Source of the DNA: Candidatus Dormiibacterota bacterium
Lineage (GTDB): Bacteria; Chloroflexota; Dormibacteria; CF-121
Reading direction: 5' to 3'
Length of the DNA: 64,000 nucleotides
Assembly: GCA_035716185.1 (NCBI GenBank)
Contig: DASTJZ010000172.1
Coordinates: 16,031-80,030 of the forward strand
The notes beneath the pieces were generated by a model. The model saw nothing but the letters and a program-made list of their open reading frames with translations. It was not told the origin of the DNA and ran no database searches. Both the position numbers and the translations under genes were made by a program. Shown here in pieces: positions 17,975 to 27,503 of the stretch. How positions within the stretch are numbered: the first letter of the stretch is position 1; every line of letters starts with the position of its first letter.

Positions 17975-19048
17975 GTGCGCCCGCACGTCGATGAATGGGA
18001 AGCGGTGTCGCAATTCCCCCGAGAGCTGTTCCGCAGGTTTGCCGCGCTGGACCTGCTCGGATTGAAGTACGACGAGCAATACGGCGGGACCAACGCGGGC
18101 GTCATCTATGAAGCCGTCCTCTTCGAAGAGCTCGCCCGTTCCGGCTCCGGCGGCGTCGCGGCGGGCATCGGCGCCCATGTCGCCATCGCCACCCCGCCGA
18201 TCAATGACTTTGGCACCGACGCGCAGCGGCAACGCTGGTTGGCGCCGGCGATCAAAGGTGAAAAGATCGCGGCGCTCGGCATCACGGAGCCGTCTGGTGG
18301 ATCGGACATCGCGCATGTCGAGACCACCGCTCGCCTGGACGGTGATGCCTACGTCGTCAACGGCAGCAAGATGTTCATCACCAACGGCGTCAACGCTGAC
18401 CTCGTGGTGGTGCTGACTCGAACCAGACCGGAAGGCGGTCACCGCGGCCTGACCATGCTGGTGATCGAACGCGATACGCCGGGCTACAGCGTCGGCCGGA
18501 AGCTTGACAAGCTTGGTTGGCGCGCCTCGGACACCGCGGAGCTGGTCTTCCAGGATTGCCGGGTTCCGGTCGAGAACCGGCTGGGTGAGGAAAACAACGG
18601 CTTCTATCTGGCGGTTGGTAACTTCCAATGGGAGCGGCTCTGGATCGCGCTCATGGCGGTCTCCTCCGCGCAGCGCAGCCTGGAACTGGCGGTCGACTAT
18701 GCCGCGAACCGGGTGCAGTTTGGCAAGCCGCTTACCGCGATGCAGGTGATCCGGCACGAGATCGCCGATATGGCACTGACCATCGAGGCGGCGAGGCAGC
18801 TGACCTATCACGCCCTCTGGTTGCACTCACAGAAGATGCCATGCACCAAAGAAGTGTCGATGGCGAAGATCGCCGCCACCGAAGCCGACGTGAAGGTCGC
18901 CGACCGGGCGTTGCAAATCCACGGCGGCTACGGGTACATGATGGAGTACCCGATCCAGCGCGCCTGGCGCGACGCCCGCCTGGGACCGATCGGCGCCGGC
19001 ACCAACGAGATCATGCGCGAGATCATCGCCAAGGAACTCGATCTTTAG
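17975..19048 (+). CDS. Acyl-CoA dehydrogenase
   Basis: ACAD motifs are present throughout ([20 protein letters not shown]). The upstream in-frame sequence, [21 protein letters not shown], is clearly the ACAD N-terminus. The true start is therefore near 17900 with a non-ATG/GTG/TTG start codon, or an indel is present. Confidence 0.8.
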   Translation: MRPHVDEWEAVSQFPRELFRRFAALDLLGLKYDEQYGGTNAGVIYEAVLFEELARSGSGGVAAGIGAHVAIATPPINDFGTDAQRQRWLAPAIKGEKIAALGITEPSGGSDIAHVETTARLDGDAYVVNGSKMFITNGVNADLVVVLTRTRPEGGHRGLTMLVIERDTPGYSVGRKLDKLGWRASDTAELVFQDCRVPVENRLGEENNGFYLAVGNFQWERLWIALMAVSSAQRSLELAVDYAANRVQFGKPLTAMQVIRHEIADMALTIEAARQLTYHALWLHSQKMPCTKEVSMAKIAATEADVKVADRALQIHGGYGYMMEYPIQRAWRDARLGPIGAGTNEIMREIIAKELDL

Positions 19049-19091
19049 CCGGTCGGGTTTTCTCGCGACAGACGCTGGCTAGACTCTAGAC

Positions 19092-21179
19092 GTGCCTTTC
19101 GAATTCAGTTTGCCGTTCAGCGCGATCGTCGGGCAGGAGTCGATGAAAAAGGCGTTGCTGCTCAACGCCATCGATCCTGGCATCGGCGGCGTGCTGCTGC
19201 GTGGCCATCGGGGCACCGCGAAATCATCGGCCGTCCGCGCCCTGGCCAGGCTCCTGCCCGAATACCAGGCGGTCGAGGGCTGCGTCTATCGCTGCGATCC
19301 CTCCGCGCCCGCGCGGTTTTGCGGCGACTGCCGGCGGCGCGCAAAAGCGGGCCCCCTGCCTGTCGTGCGACTGCCGATGCGGATCGTGGAGCTACCCATC
19401 AACGCGTCCGAGGACCGTCTGGTCGGCTCGATCGACATCGAGGCCGCGGTGCGCGCCGGGACGAGACGCTTCCAACCGGGCGTGCTGGCGGAGGCCAACC
19501 GCAACCTCTTATATGTGGACGAGGTCAACCTGCTCGACGACCATCTGGTCGACGTGCTGCTGGATGCCGCGGCGATGGGGGTCAACGTTGTCGAGCGCGA
19601 AGGCATGTCGGTCATTCATCCAGCTCACTTCATCCTGGTCGGGACGATGAACCCCGAGGAAGGCGAGTTACGACCACAGCTGCTCGACCGATTCGGACTT
19701 TGCGTCGACGTCGAAACGCCAACCGATATCGACCTGCGGCTGGGGGTCATCGAGCTGGAGCGCCGGCTGCTCGATGATCCTCGGGCGGTGCAGCAGGCGT
19801 ATCAAGCCAACGAACGCGAGCTCCGCCAGCGACTGCAATCTGCCGCCGCGCAGCTCGATGGCGTGGGGGTGCCGGCGGCGATCCGCAGCTTGATCGCACG
19901 CCTCTGCCTGGAGGGCTCGGTGGCGGGTCATCGCGCCGACCTGGTCGTCGCCCGAACCGCCCGGGCACTATGTGCGCTTAGAGCTGGGACGGTCGTTGAG
20001 CTCGCCGATGTCCTCGAGGCGCTGGAGCTGGCGTTGGCTCATCGCCGCCGCGAGGTTGCGATCGCGAAGCAGGTTCAGACCCAGGAGCTTGCGTCGCGGG
20101 CCGCCGAGCAACTCGCCCAGATCCAGGCAACCATGCCGGCCGACGCCAGCCAGGCGGTTCACGGGGAAGCGACCCAGCAGGAGGGCGCATCGGGCGGCGA
20201 GTCGCACGAGGGCTGGACGACCGCCGAATCGCCGGAGTCGCCTGGGACCGAGGTCCAGAGCGATCCGGATACGGTGATCCAGCTCAGAACGTTTTCCGTC
20301 AGGAAGCTCGACCTGCCGCGCGAGAGACAGGCGCGGCGCGCGGCCGGAAAACGGACGTCGACGAAAAGCAAGACGAAGCGCGGCCGCTACGTCCGCAGCG
20401 CACAGGCCGAGAAGGTGACGGATGTTGCCTTCGACGCGACGGTGCGGGCAGCGGCGCCATACCAGCTGAGCCGCCGGCAGGCGGTGCCCGATGCGCCCAA
20501 TCGGCTGCAGCTCGAAACCTACGATCTCCGGCAGAAAGTCAGGGAGCGAAAGACGGGCAACCTGATTGTCTTCGTCGTCGACGCGTCGGCGTCGATGGAT
20601 GCGGAGCAACGGATGCTGGCGACCAAGGGGGCGATTCTCTCGCTGCTTCGCCATGCCTACGTGCGGCGCGACAAGGTGGCGCTCGTGGCCTTCAGCGGTC
20701 GAAACGCCCGGGTCGTGCTCCGGCCGACCTCGAGCGTGGACCTGGCGGAACGGCGGCTGGAGCGCCTGAACGTTGGCGGCACGACGCCCCTGACTCACGG
20801 GTTGATGACCGCGCTCAAACTCGTGAAGACCGAACGGTTGCGTGACCCACAGGTCTACCCGCTGCTGGTTTTGATCAGTGACGGCCGGGGCAACATCAGC
20901 CTCTTCGGTGAGGAGCCACTGCTCGAAGCACAGCGCACGGCCATTCAGATCAAGCAAGAGGGAATCCGCGCCATGGTGATCGACTCCACTCGCGATTACG
21001 GCAACCAGCCCGGCTATCCCCGGAACCGTGTCACAAGCCTCTATGGCGCCTACGCCTTCAATGTCTGCAGCGACCTGGCGGAGCGCCTGGGCGGCCGATA
21101 CTACGGCCTCTTCGACCTCTCCCAGAGTTCGATCGTGGACAGCGTGCAGCGTGAGATGCTAAGGACCGGGTCGGCTTGA
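19092..21179 (+). CDS. Mg-chelatase subunit D-like protein (ChlD/BchD family: AAA+ module plus acidic linker plus C-terminal vWA domain)
   Basis: The N-terminal AAA+ module has an intact Walker A (GHRGTAKS) and Walker B ([12 protein letters not shown]). An acidic Q/E-rich linker follows. The vWA MIDAS region reads [11 protein letters not shown]...[10 protein letters not shown]. Length is 695 aa. Confidence 0.8.
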   Translation: MPFEFSLPFSAIVGQESMKKALLLNAIDPGIGGVLLRGHRGTAKSSAVRALARLLPEYQAVEGCVYRCDPSAPARFCGDCRRRAKAGPLPVVRLPMRIVELPINASEDRLVGSIDIEAAVRAGTRRFQPGVLAEANRNLLYVDEVNLLDDHLVDVLLDAAAMGVNVVEREGMSVIHPAHFILVGTMNPEEGELRPQLLDRFGLCVDVETPTDIDLRLGVIELERRLLDDPRAVQQAYQANERELRQRLQSAAAQLDGVGVPAAIRSLIARLCLEGSVAGHRADLVVARTARALCALRAGTVVELADVLEALELALAHRRREVAIAKQVQTQELASRAAEQLAQIQATMPADASQAVHGEATQQEGASGGESHEGWTTAESPESPGTEVQSDPDTVIQLRTFSVRKLDLPRERQARRAAGKRTSTKSKTKRGRYVRSAQAEKVTDVAFDATVRAAAPYQLSRRQAVPDAPNRLQLETYDLRQKVRERKTGNLIVFVVDASASMDAEQRMLATKGAILSLLRHAYVRRDKVALVAFSGRNARVVLRPTSSVDLAERRLERLNVGGTTPLTHGLMTALKLVKTERLRDPQVYPLLVLISDGRGNISLFGEEPLLEAQRTAIQIKQEGIRAMVIDSTRDYGNQPGYPRNRVTSLYGAYAFNVCSDLAERLGGRYYGLFDLSQSSIVDSVQREMLRTGSA

Positions 21180-22207
21180 TGGAACGATTTGTCTATCCGT
21201 TCAGCGCAATCGTCGGTCAGGACAAGATGAAGCTGGCGCTCGTCCTGAACGCGATTCATCCGGCGATCGGCGGCGTCCTGATTCGAGGCGAAAAGGGCAC
21301 CGGCAAGTCGACGGCGGTTCGGGCTCTGGCCCGCCTGCTGCCGGAGCTGTCCGTGGTCGCGGATTGTCTCTATCGCTGTGATCCCGATGCCGGCGAGGCA
21401 CTCTGCTCCGACTGTCAGGATCGGGTAGCGCGCGGGGAAACGCTGCCTCGTGCGCGCCGCCGCATGCGGGTGGTCGAGCTGCCCATCAACGCCTCGGAGG
21501 ATCGTGTCGTCGGCGCCATCGACATCGAGGCGGCGATCAAGAGCGGGGAGCGTCGGTTCGAGCCTGGCGTGCTGGCGGAAGCCAACCGCAACATCCTCTA
21601 CGTCGACGAGGTCAACCTGCTGGACGATCACCTGGTCGACGTCCTGCTGGACGCTGCCGCCATGGGCGTCAACGTCGTGGAGCGCGAAGGCATCTCGATC
21701 TGGCATCCGGCGCGCTTCATCCTGGTTGGGACGATGAACCCGGAGGAAGGCGATCTGCGCCCGCAACTGCTGGACCGCTTCGGGCTCACGGTTGACGTGG
21801 AAGGCATCAAAGACATCGGCCAGCGGGTCCTGATCGTCGAGCGGCGCGAGGAGTGGGAGACCGATCCGGCGTCCTTCAGCCAGCGGTTTGCCGACGAGGA
21901 CGCGGACATCGGCCATCGGATCGCCGAGGCCATCGTTCGCTTCCCGCGGGTGGTCATGCCCGCTGCCATCCTGCGCTCGCTGGCCGAGCTGAACGTGAGC
22001 CTCCAGGTGGATGGCCATCGCGCGGACCTGGTCGGGCGGAAGGCCGCCCAGGCGCTGGCAGCCTACCGGGCTGTCGCCGAGGTGGGGGTTGCCGAGGTCA
22101 ACGAGGTGGCCGACATGGTCCTGGCCCATCGGGTCAAGTCGGGGGGCCGCCGGGAGCTCGGAGGCGTCACCCAGAGCCTCCCGGCCTCCCGGGCCTCGCG
22201 CAGCTAA
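21179..22207 (+). CDS. Mg-chelatase subunit I-like AAA+ ATPase (ChlI/BchI family)
   Basis: The sequence reads [45 protein letters not shown]...LLDRFGL. Length is 343 aa. The ATG overlaps the upstream stop (TGATG). Confidence 0.85.
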   Translation: MERFVYPFSAIVGQDKMKLALVLNAIHPAIGGVLIRGEKGTGKSTAVRALARLLPELSVVADCLYRCDPDAGEALCSDCQDRVARGETLPRARRRMRVVELPINASEDRVVGAIDIEAAIKSGERRFEPGVLAEANRNILYVDEVNLLDDHLVDVLLDAAAMGVNVVEREGISIWHPARFILVGTMNPEEGDLRPQLLDRFGLTVDVEGIKDIGQRVLIVERREEWETDPASFSQRFADEDADIGHRIAEAIVRFPRVVMPAAILRSLAELNVSLQVDGHRADLVGRKAAQALAAYRAVAEVGVAEVNEVADMVLAHRVKSGGRRELGGVTQSLPASRASRS

Positions 22208-22261
22208 AGCCCCCACCCTGCCCTTCCCCCAAGGGGGAGGGAGCTTCTGAGGCCGAGGAAC

Positions 22262-22290
22262 TTGATATCAAAGCACTCATGTGATACGGT
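22262..22290 (+). promoter_or_regulatory. Candidate promoter TTGATA-N17-TACGGT upstream of the small acidic ORF
   Basis: The -35 is at 22262-22267 and the -10 at 22285-22290. The predicted transcription start lies ~20 nt upstream of the GGGAGG RBS. Confidence 0.35.
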
Positions 22291-22328
22291 AGGGCCGCGC
22301 TAACCAACCGCACAGGGAGGTAATGCAG

Positions 22329-22499
22329 ATGGTCAACGATCCGGAGCTCGAGCGTGAGGAGGTCGGTGGTCGTGAGCCGATGGGCGATCCGGCGGAGACT
22401 GATCCGCAGACGACCCGAGAAGGCGACGGTGTCCCAGAAACTCCCGACGAGACGACGACCGAAGGCGAACCACGCGAGCGAGAACTCGTCAGCACGTAA
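22329..22499 (+). CDS. Small, highly acidic hypothetical protein (56 aa)
   Basis: The RBS GGGAGG at 22315-22320 sits 8 nt before the ATG. The protein, MVNDPELEREEVGGREPMGDPAETDPQTTREGDGVPETPDETTTEGEPRERELVST, is rich in E, D, T and P. A canonical intrinsic terminator follows immediately. The gene is missing from the six-frame track (shorter than 60 aa). Confidence 0.45.
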   Translation: MVNDPELEREEVGGREPMGDPAETDPQTTREGDGVPETPDETTTEGEPRERELVST

Positions 22500-22518
22500 G
22501 GCAACGGTCGCGCGACAG

Positions 22519-22546
22519 GGCCAGCCCTAATCCGGCTGGCCTTTTT
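22519..22546 (+). terminator. Rho-independent terminator (GGCCAGCC-CTAATCC-GGCTGGCC followed by TTTTT)
   Basis: A perfect 8-bp GC-rich stem with a 7-nt loop is followed by a T5 run at 22542-22546, directly after the small-ORF stop. Confidence 0.7.
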
Positions 22547-22567
22547 GATGCTCGATAAACTTCCGGG

Positions 22568-24370
22568 GTGTCAACGCCGACCAACCTGACTCGCGCGATT
22601 TCCGTGATCGCGCACGTCGACCACGGAAAGACCACGCTCTCCGATCGCCTTCTCGAATACACCGGCACCGTGGCACCTCGCGACATGGTGGAGCAGGTGC
22701 TCGACCAGCTGGACCTGGAACGTGAGCGCGGCATCACCATCAAGGCGCAAGCGGTGCGGATGCTGTACAAGGCCGACGATGGCAAGACCTATCAGATCAA
22801 CCTGATCGACACCCCCGGGCACGTCGACTTTTCTTACGAGGTCTCTCGGGCGCTGGCGGCCTGCGACGGGGCCATCCTGGTGGTGGACGCCTCGCAGGGC
22901 ATCGAGGCGCAAACCATCGCCAACGTTCACCAGGCCCTGGAGCACAACCTGAAGATCGTCCCGGTCGTCAACAAGATCGACCTGCCGCAGGCGAATCCCG
23001 AGTTGGTGCGCCAGGAAATCGAGAAGGTCATCGGCTTGCCCGCCGAGTCGGTGATCTTCGCCAGCGCCCGGCAGGGCATCGGCACCAGAGAGATTCTCGA
23101 GGCGGTCGTCCGCGAGGTGCCGCCACCGACCGGCAATCCGGCGGCGCCCCTGCGCGCGCTGATCTTCGACGCCAAGTTCGACGCCTACCGCGGCGTCGTG
23201 ACCTACATCCGCGTGCTCGAGGGGACCCTCCGCAAGGGTGCCAGGATCGAGATGATGCAGACGGGCAAGACGTTTGAGGCGGACGAGGTCGGCATCTTTC
23301 GGCCCGAGCGCACGCCCATCGATGAGCTCGCTGCCGGTGAGGTCGGTTATGTGATCGCCAACATCCGGAACGTCAGGGACTCGCGGGTGGGCGACACCGT
23401 GACCGAGGCCGACCGGCCGGCCAGCGAACCGTTACCCGGGTACCGACACGTCACGCCGATGGTGTTTGCCGGGCTTTTCCCCACCGACAGCGATCAGTAT
23501 CAGCAGTTGAAAGAGGCGCTGGAGAAGCTGCAGCTCAACGACGCTGCGCTCGTCTATGAGCCAGAGACGTCCGCCGCCCTGGGCTTCGGCTTCCGGTGTG
23601 GCTTTCTTGGACTGCTGCACATGGAGATCGTCCAGGAGCGTCTCGAGCGCGAGTTCAACCTCACGCTTCTCGGTACGGCTCCAACCGTTGAATACCGCGT
23701 CAAGCTGCGCGATGGAACAGAGGTTCCCGTTGACAACCCCGACCATCTGCCCAACCCCGCCGAAATCGAAAGCATCAGCGAGCCGATGGTCATCGCAACC
23801 ATTGTCGTGCCGAGTGCCTACCTCGGAAACATGATGCAGTTGAGCCAGGAGCGCCGCGGGCAATACCTGAACACGGTATACGAGCCAGGGGACCGCGTCG
23901 TCCTGACGTATCGCATGCCACTGGCGGAAATCATTCATGACTATTACGACCAGCTGAAGTCGCGGAGCAAGGGCTACGCCTCGCTGGATTACGAACTCGT
24001 GGGATTCGAGGAAGCGAATCTCGTGAAGCTCGACGTCCTGGTTGGTGGCTCGCCGGTCGACGCGCTGTCGATGATCGTTGAGCGCGGGAAGGCGCAGGTG
24101 CAGGGCAGGCGGCTGGCGGAGAAGCTCAAAACCCTGATCCCGCGGCAGCTGTTCGAGGTGCCGATTCAGGCGGCGATTGGGGGCAAGATCGTCGCCCGCG
24201 AAACGGTTCCTGCGATGCGGAAAGACGTGCTGGCCAAGTGCTACGGCGGCGACGTGACCCGCAAGCGGAAGCTGCTGGAAAAGCAACGCGAGGGGAAGAA
24301 GCGTCTCAAGCGGGTCGGCAACGTCGAAATCCCACAGGAGGCCTTCATGGCCGTGTTGAGCCTGGACTGA
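22568..24370 (+). CDS. lepA: Elongation factor 4 (LepA)
   Basis: GTP-binding motifs are present ([25 protein letters not shown]). The LepA-specific C-terminus ends [28 protein letters not shown]. Confidence 0.9.
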   Translation: MSTPTNLTRAISVIAHVDHGKTTLSDRLLEYTGTVAPRDMVEQVLDQLDLERERGITIKAQAVRMLYKADDGKTYQINLIDTPGHVDFSYEVSRALAACDGAILVVDASQGIEAQTIANVHQALEHNLKIVPVVNKIDLPQANPELVRQEIEKVIGLPAESVIFASARQGIGTREILEAVVREVPPPTGNPAAPLRALIFDAKFDAYRGVVTYIRVLEGTLRKGARIEMMQTGKTFEADEVGIFRPERTPIDELAAGEVGYVIANIRNVRDSRVGDTVTEADRPASEPLPGYRHVTPMVFAGLFPTDSDQYQQLKEALEKLQLNDAALVYEPETSAALGFGFRCGFLGLLHMEIVQERLEREFNLTLLGTAPTVEYRVKLRDGTEVPVDNPDHLPNPAEIESISEPMVIATIVVPSAYLGNMMQLSQERRGQYLNTVYEPGDRVVLTYRMPLAEIIHDYYDQLKSRSKGYASLDYELVGFEEANLVKLDVLVGGSPVDALSMIVERGKAQVQGRRLAEKLKTLIPRQLFEVPIQAAIGGKIVARETVPAMRKDVLAKCYGGDVTRKRKLLEKQREGKKRLKRVGNVEIPQEAFMAVLSLD

Positions 24371-25488
24371 TGGAACGGGTCCACAGCCTCTACCTGCACG
24401 TCCCCTTCTGCACCTGGGTCTGCAAGTACTGCGACTTCAATGCCTACGCCGTGCTCGAAGGCCTGATCCCGGCCTACGTCGAGGCGCTTGCTCGCGAAAT
24501 CGAGGTGGCCGCCGCCGACCTACCGGTCGGACCTCTTAAAACGGTGTTCATCGGCGGCGGGACACCCAGCCTATTGACGGGACCGCAACTCAACCTTTTG
24601 ATGGATCGAGCGCGTTCGATTGGCCTGGCATCCGGTGCCGAGGTCACCATGGAGGCGAACCCCAGCAATGTGACGAGCGCTCGAGTGGAAGCATGGCTCG
24701 CGGCCGGCATCAACCGGTTGAGTATTGGCATCCAGAGTCTTCAGCCAGGTGCGCTTCGCTTTCTGGAGCGGTTGCATTCGGGCGGCGAAGCCCTCGACGC
24801 GATTCGCATCGCTCGTGCCGGTGGATTCGCGAACCTCAACGCGGATCTGTTGTACGGCGTTCCTGACGTCGACCTTTCTATGTGGCTCGAAACGCTCGAC
24901 GCGGTTGTATCCGAAGGCGTCGATCATCTTTCGGCGTATGAGTTAACGGTTGAATCCGGGACCCGCCTTGGCCAGGAAGCCCGCACCGGCCTGGTGACGA
25001 TGCCGGACGCTGAGGCGCAGCTCGAACAGTACTGGGCGGCGGCCGCGCAGCTGGGGCGCGCCGGCTTTCGGCATTACGAGATCTCCAACTGGGCGCGCTC
25101 GGGCTTCGAATGCCGGCACAACCTCGCGGGCTGGCGCTATCAGCCCTACCTGGGCTGCGGCGCGGGCGCGCACTCGATGTTCCGCCTGGATGATCGCGTC
25201 ACCGAGCGCTCCTGGAATATCAAAGGCCCGCACGCCTATGTCAAACAGGTCGCTCAGCGAGGCCGGCCCGTCGATGGTCGGGAAACGCTTTCTGCGGAGC
25301 GCGCCCGCGGCGAGGCCGCGATGATCGGAGTTCGGCTGCTCGAGGGGACGGCTGCCGCCCAGGACTTCCCGAGTGAACGCCGTCAGCTCGTGGCCGCCGG
25401 CCTCCTGGTGGAGGACGACGGACAGGTACGCCTCAGCCGGCGTGGGGTGGAGCTGGCGAACCAGGTCGGCGCAACGTTCCTAGCGTAA
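24370..25488 (+). CDS. hemW: Radical SAM heme chaperone HemW (oxygen-independent coproporphyrinogen-III oxidase-like)
   Basis: The Cx3Cx2C motif is present in LYLHVPFCTWVCKYCDF. The ATG overlaps the lepA stop (TGATG). A HemN_C-like C-terminus is present. Confidence 0.85.
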   Translation: MERVHSLYLHVPFCTWVCKYCDFNAYAVLEGLIPAYVEALAREIEVAAADLPVGPLKTVFIGGGTPSLLTGPQLNLLMDRARSIGLASGAEVTMEANPSNVTSARVEAWLAAGINRLSIGIQSLQPGALRFLERLHSGGEALDAIRIARAGGFANLNADLLYGVPDVDLSMWLETLDAVVSEGVDHLSAYELTVESGTRLGQEARTGLVTMPDAEAQLEQYWAAAAQLGRAGFRHYEISNWARSGFECRHNLAGWRYQPYLGCGAGAHSMFRLDDRVTERSWNIKGPHAYVKQVAQRGRPVDGRETLSAERARGEAAMIGVRLLEGTAAAQDFPSERRQLVAAGLLVEDDGQVRLSRRGVELANQVGATFLA

Positions 25489-25708
25489 GCAACAGCATCA
25501 CCACGATGATGCCGGGAATCAGCACGAAGGCCAGTCCCATCACGACATAGATCAGCACATCCATCACGACCACGATTGGCCACAAGTCTGCACCCGTCCG
25601 GGCCAGCAACAGCGTGACGATCTCCAGCAGCATGACCAGGCCCAAAGGAACGGCGAGTGCCAGGGCGAGGACGCGAAGGAGACGGCTGAGGCTCAACCCA
25701 TCGATCAT
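25433..25708 (-). CDS. Small hypothetical membrane protein (2 TM)
   Basis: It is hydrophobic throughout (MIDGLSLSRLLRVLALALAVPLGLVMLLEIVTLLLA...). Its 3' end overlaps hemW convergently by 56 nt, which weakens the call. Confidence 0.3.
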   Translation of the reverse strand: MIDGLSLSRLLRVLALALAVPLGLVMLLEIVTLLLARTGADLWPIVVVMDVLIYVVMGLAFVLIPGIIVVMLLLTLGTLRRPGSPAPPHAG

Positions 25709-25766
25709 CGCTGAGGCGCGCCGGTTTCGTTGGCCGATCGCGTAACGGGTTGGCAAAGGTGGCGCA

Positions 25767-26390
25767 TCATGCTGGTCGGCTACCAATTCGAAGCACGCCG
25801 ACTTTGGCCATGACGCGCTCAAAGACGTCGTACGGCTGGGCGCCCATGACCAGGTAGCGGTCGGCGATCACGTGCGCTGGGATGCCGTCGATCATCAGAT
25901 CTTCGGCCTCCTGGCGGCGGGCGTCGAGGTAATCGCCGAAGCGATTGGCGGTCAGGGCGGCCTCCATGCCGGCGACGTCGACGCCCGCTTTTGCCGCAAC
26001 CTCGCGAAGGACAGGAAGGTCGGACACGTCGCGACCCTCGTCCCAATAGGCGCGAAAGAGTTCCCGGTGCATCGGGTCGAATCGGCCCTGCTCGCGGGCA
26101 AATTCGGCGGCCTGGAGCGCCGGACGCGAATTGATCAGGCGGGCGTGGCTCGCCAGCTTCAGGCCGGTCTGTTCGGCCATCCGTTTCAGGCCTTCGTTGA
26201 CTCGCGACAGGTAAGCGGCTGGGAGGACCTCCTCGCGCGGCCGCCCCTCCGGTGGGATCTCCGGGTGCAGTTCGAAGGGCACCCACTCGATGGCCACGTC
26301 GTATTCCCGCTCCAGCCGCTCGACTCCGACCGAGTCGATGTAGCAGAAGGGTCAGACGTAATCGGAATAGATCCGAACGGGCGTTGGCAC
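25767..26390 (-). CDS. DsbA/FrnE-like thiol-disulfide oxidoreductase with in-frame TGA (putative selenocysteine) at the CxxC position (U-P-F-C)
   Basis: The six-frame track begins this ORF at 26297, but the frame stays open upstream apart from one TGA at 26354..26352. Read through, the N-terminus is (GTG at 26390) MPTPVRIYSDYV-U-PFCYIDSVGVERLEREYDVAIEWVPFELHPE.... This matches the DsbA-like/FrnE N-terminal beta-strand and CPxC active site, with TGA replacing the first Cys. A candidate SECIS-like hairpin, CUCG-GGUCGGAGU-CGAG, lies ~17 nt downstream of the UGA. Confidence 0.6.
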
Positions 26391-26418
26391 GAGTCGAGGA
26401 TAGCCGGTAGAATTCGCC

Positions 26419-26445
26419 TTAGCACTCTCGCTTGGAGACTGCCAA
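26419..26445 (+). promoter_or_regulatory. CIRCE-like HrcA operator: TTAGCACTC-N9-GACTGCCAA
   Basis: The left half is a perfect CIRCE consensus (TTAGCACTC). The spacer is exactly 9 nt. The right half matches GAGTGCTAA at 7 of 9 positions. The element ends 1 nt before the hrcA ATG at 26447. Confidence 0.4.
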
Positions 26446-26446
26446 C

Positions 26447-27487
26447 ATGGTTGAACCCAGCCCGCTCGACGAGAGAAAGCAGCAGATCCTGAAGGCCGTC
26501 GTGGCCGCCTACACGCTGACCGGCGTGCCGGTTGGTTCCCAGGTCCTGGCTGCCAAGCACTTCATCGCGCTCTCTTCGGCGACGATCCGCAACGAGCTGG
26601 CCGACCTGGTGGGCACCGGCTACCTGCAGCAACCGCACACGTCAGCCGGCCGGATTCCGACCGACCGCGGTTACCGCTATTTCGTCGATTTTTTGATGGA
26701 GCCCGAGTCCGCCTCGGCGACGGTGCGGCGGACCGTCCGGCAGGAATTCGAGAATGCCCCACGGAGCGTCGACGCAATCCTGGAGCGAGCCGCGATGGTC
26801 CTGGCACAGGTCACCGAAAACGTATCGCTGGTCACCGCTCCAGAGGCGAGCGACTTCCGGATCAAGCACGTCGATCTCGTCTCGTTAGAGCCGCAGTCCG
26901 TGCTGATCATCCTGGTGCTGGAGGGCAACCTCATCAAGCAACAGGTGGTGCGGCTCGAGCGTGCCACCTCGCAGGAAGACCTCAGCCGGATGGCGGCAAT
27001 GTTGAATCGCAAAGTGAAAGGACAGACCGCCGATGACCTTGCCACCCGGCTGGAGCAGCTTGGTCCCGATCGAGGCGAGCAGCGGCAGATTCTGCAGCGC
27101 CTGATCGACTCCATCGCGGCGCACCAGACCAATCGACAGACGGTGGTGCTGCACGATGGGGTACGCAACCTGCTCCGGCACCCTGAGTTTGTCGAGGTCA
27201 ACCGCCTGGAGGAGCTCATCGAGTTGCTCGAGCAGGGCGCCCAGCTGGCGGCCGTCCTGCAGCAGGTCGCCTTCGAAAAGGAAGTCGAGATCATCATCGG
27301 CCGCGAGAACACCAGCAGTGGGCTGCGCGAATGCAGTCTGGTGCTGACCACCTACAACATGGCGGCGCGAGTCCGCGGGACGATCGGCGTCATCGGCCCG
27401 ACCCGGATGCCGTACGGGCAAGTCGTCGCCCGCTTGCGCCTGGTCAGCCAGGCGATATCTGACCGGCTGGCCGCCCTGGCGAACTGA
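26447..27487 (+). CDS. hrcA: Heat-inducible transcription repressor HrcA
   Basis: The N-terminal wHTH reads LDERKQQILKAVVAAYTLTGVPVGSQVLA. Length is ~347 aa. The track's TTG start at 26432 is less likely. Confidence 0.85.
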   Translation: MVEPSPLDERKQQILKAVVAAYTLTGVPVGSQVLAAKHFIALSSATIRNELADLVGTGYLQQPHTSAGRIPTDRGYRYFVDFLMEPESASATVRRTVRQEFENAPRSVDAILERAAMVLAQVTENVSLVTAPEASDFRIKHVDLVSLEPQSVLIILVLEGNLIKQQVVRLERATSQEDLSRMAAMLNRKVKGQTADDLATRLEQLGPDRGEQRQILQRLIDSIAAHQTNRQTVVLHDGVRNLLRHPEFVEVNRLEELIELLEQGAQLAAVLQQVAFEKEVEIIIGRENTSSGLRECSLVLTTYNMAARVRGTIGVIGPTRMPYGQVVARLRLVSQAISDRLAALAN

Positions 27488-27503
27488 TTCGCGCCTGAAA
27501 TCG

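Noticed and set aside
19968-22216. Large minus-strand ORFs 19968..20957 and 21101..22216 opposite the BchD/BchI genes
   Set aside because: They are antisense to AAA+/vWA genes that have intact Walker and MIDAS motifs.
22234-22258. GC-rich hairpin CCCTTCCCCC-AA-GGGGGAGGG after the bchI stop
   Set aside because: It is a stable stem, but the loop is too short and there is no T-tract. It was not called as a terminator.
22277-22504. 75-aa minus-strand ORF in the lepA upstream region
   Set aside because: It is antisense to a plus-strand 56-codon ORF that has a strong RBS, a promoter-like element and a terminator. The minus ORF has no RBS and a Ser/Pro-rich composition.
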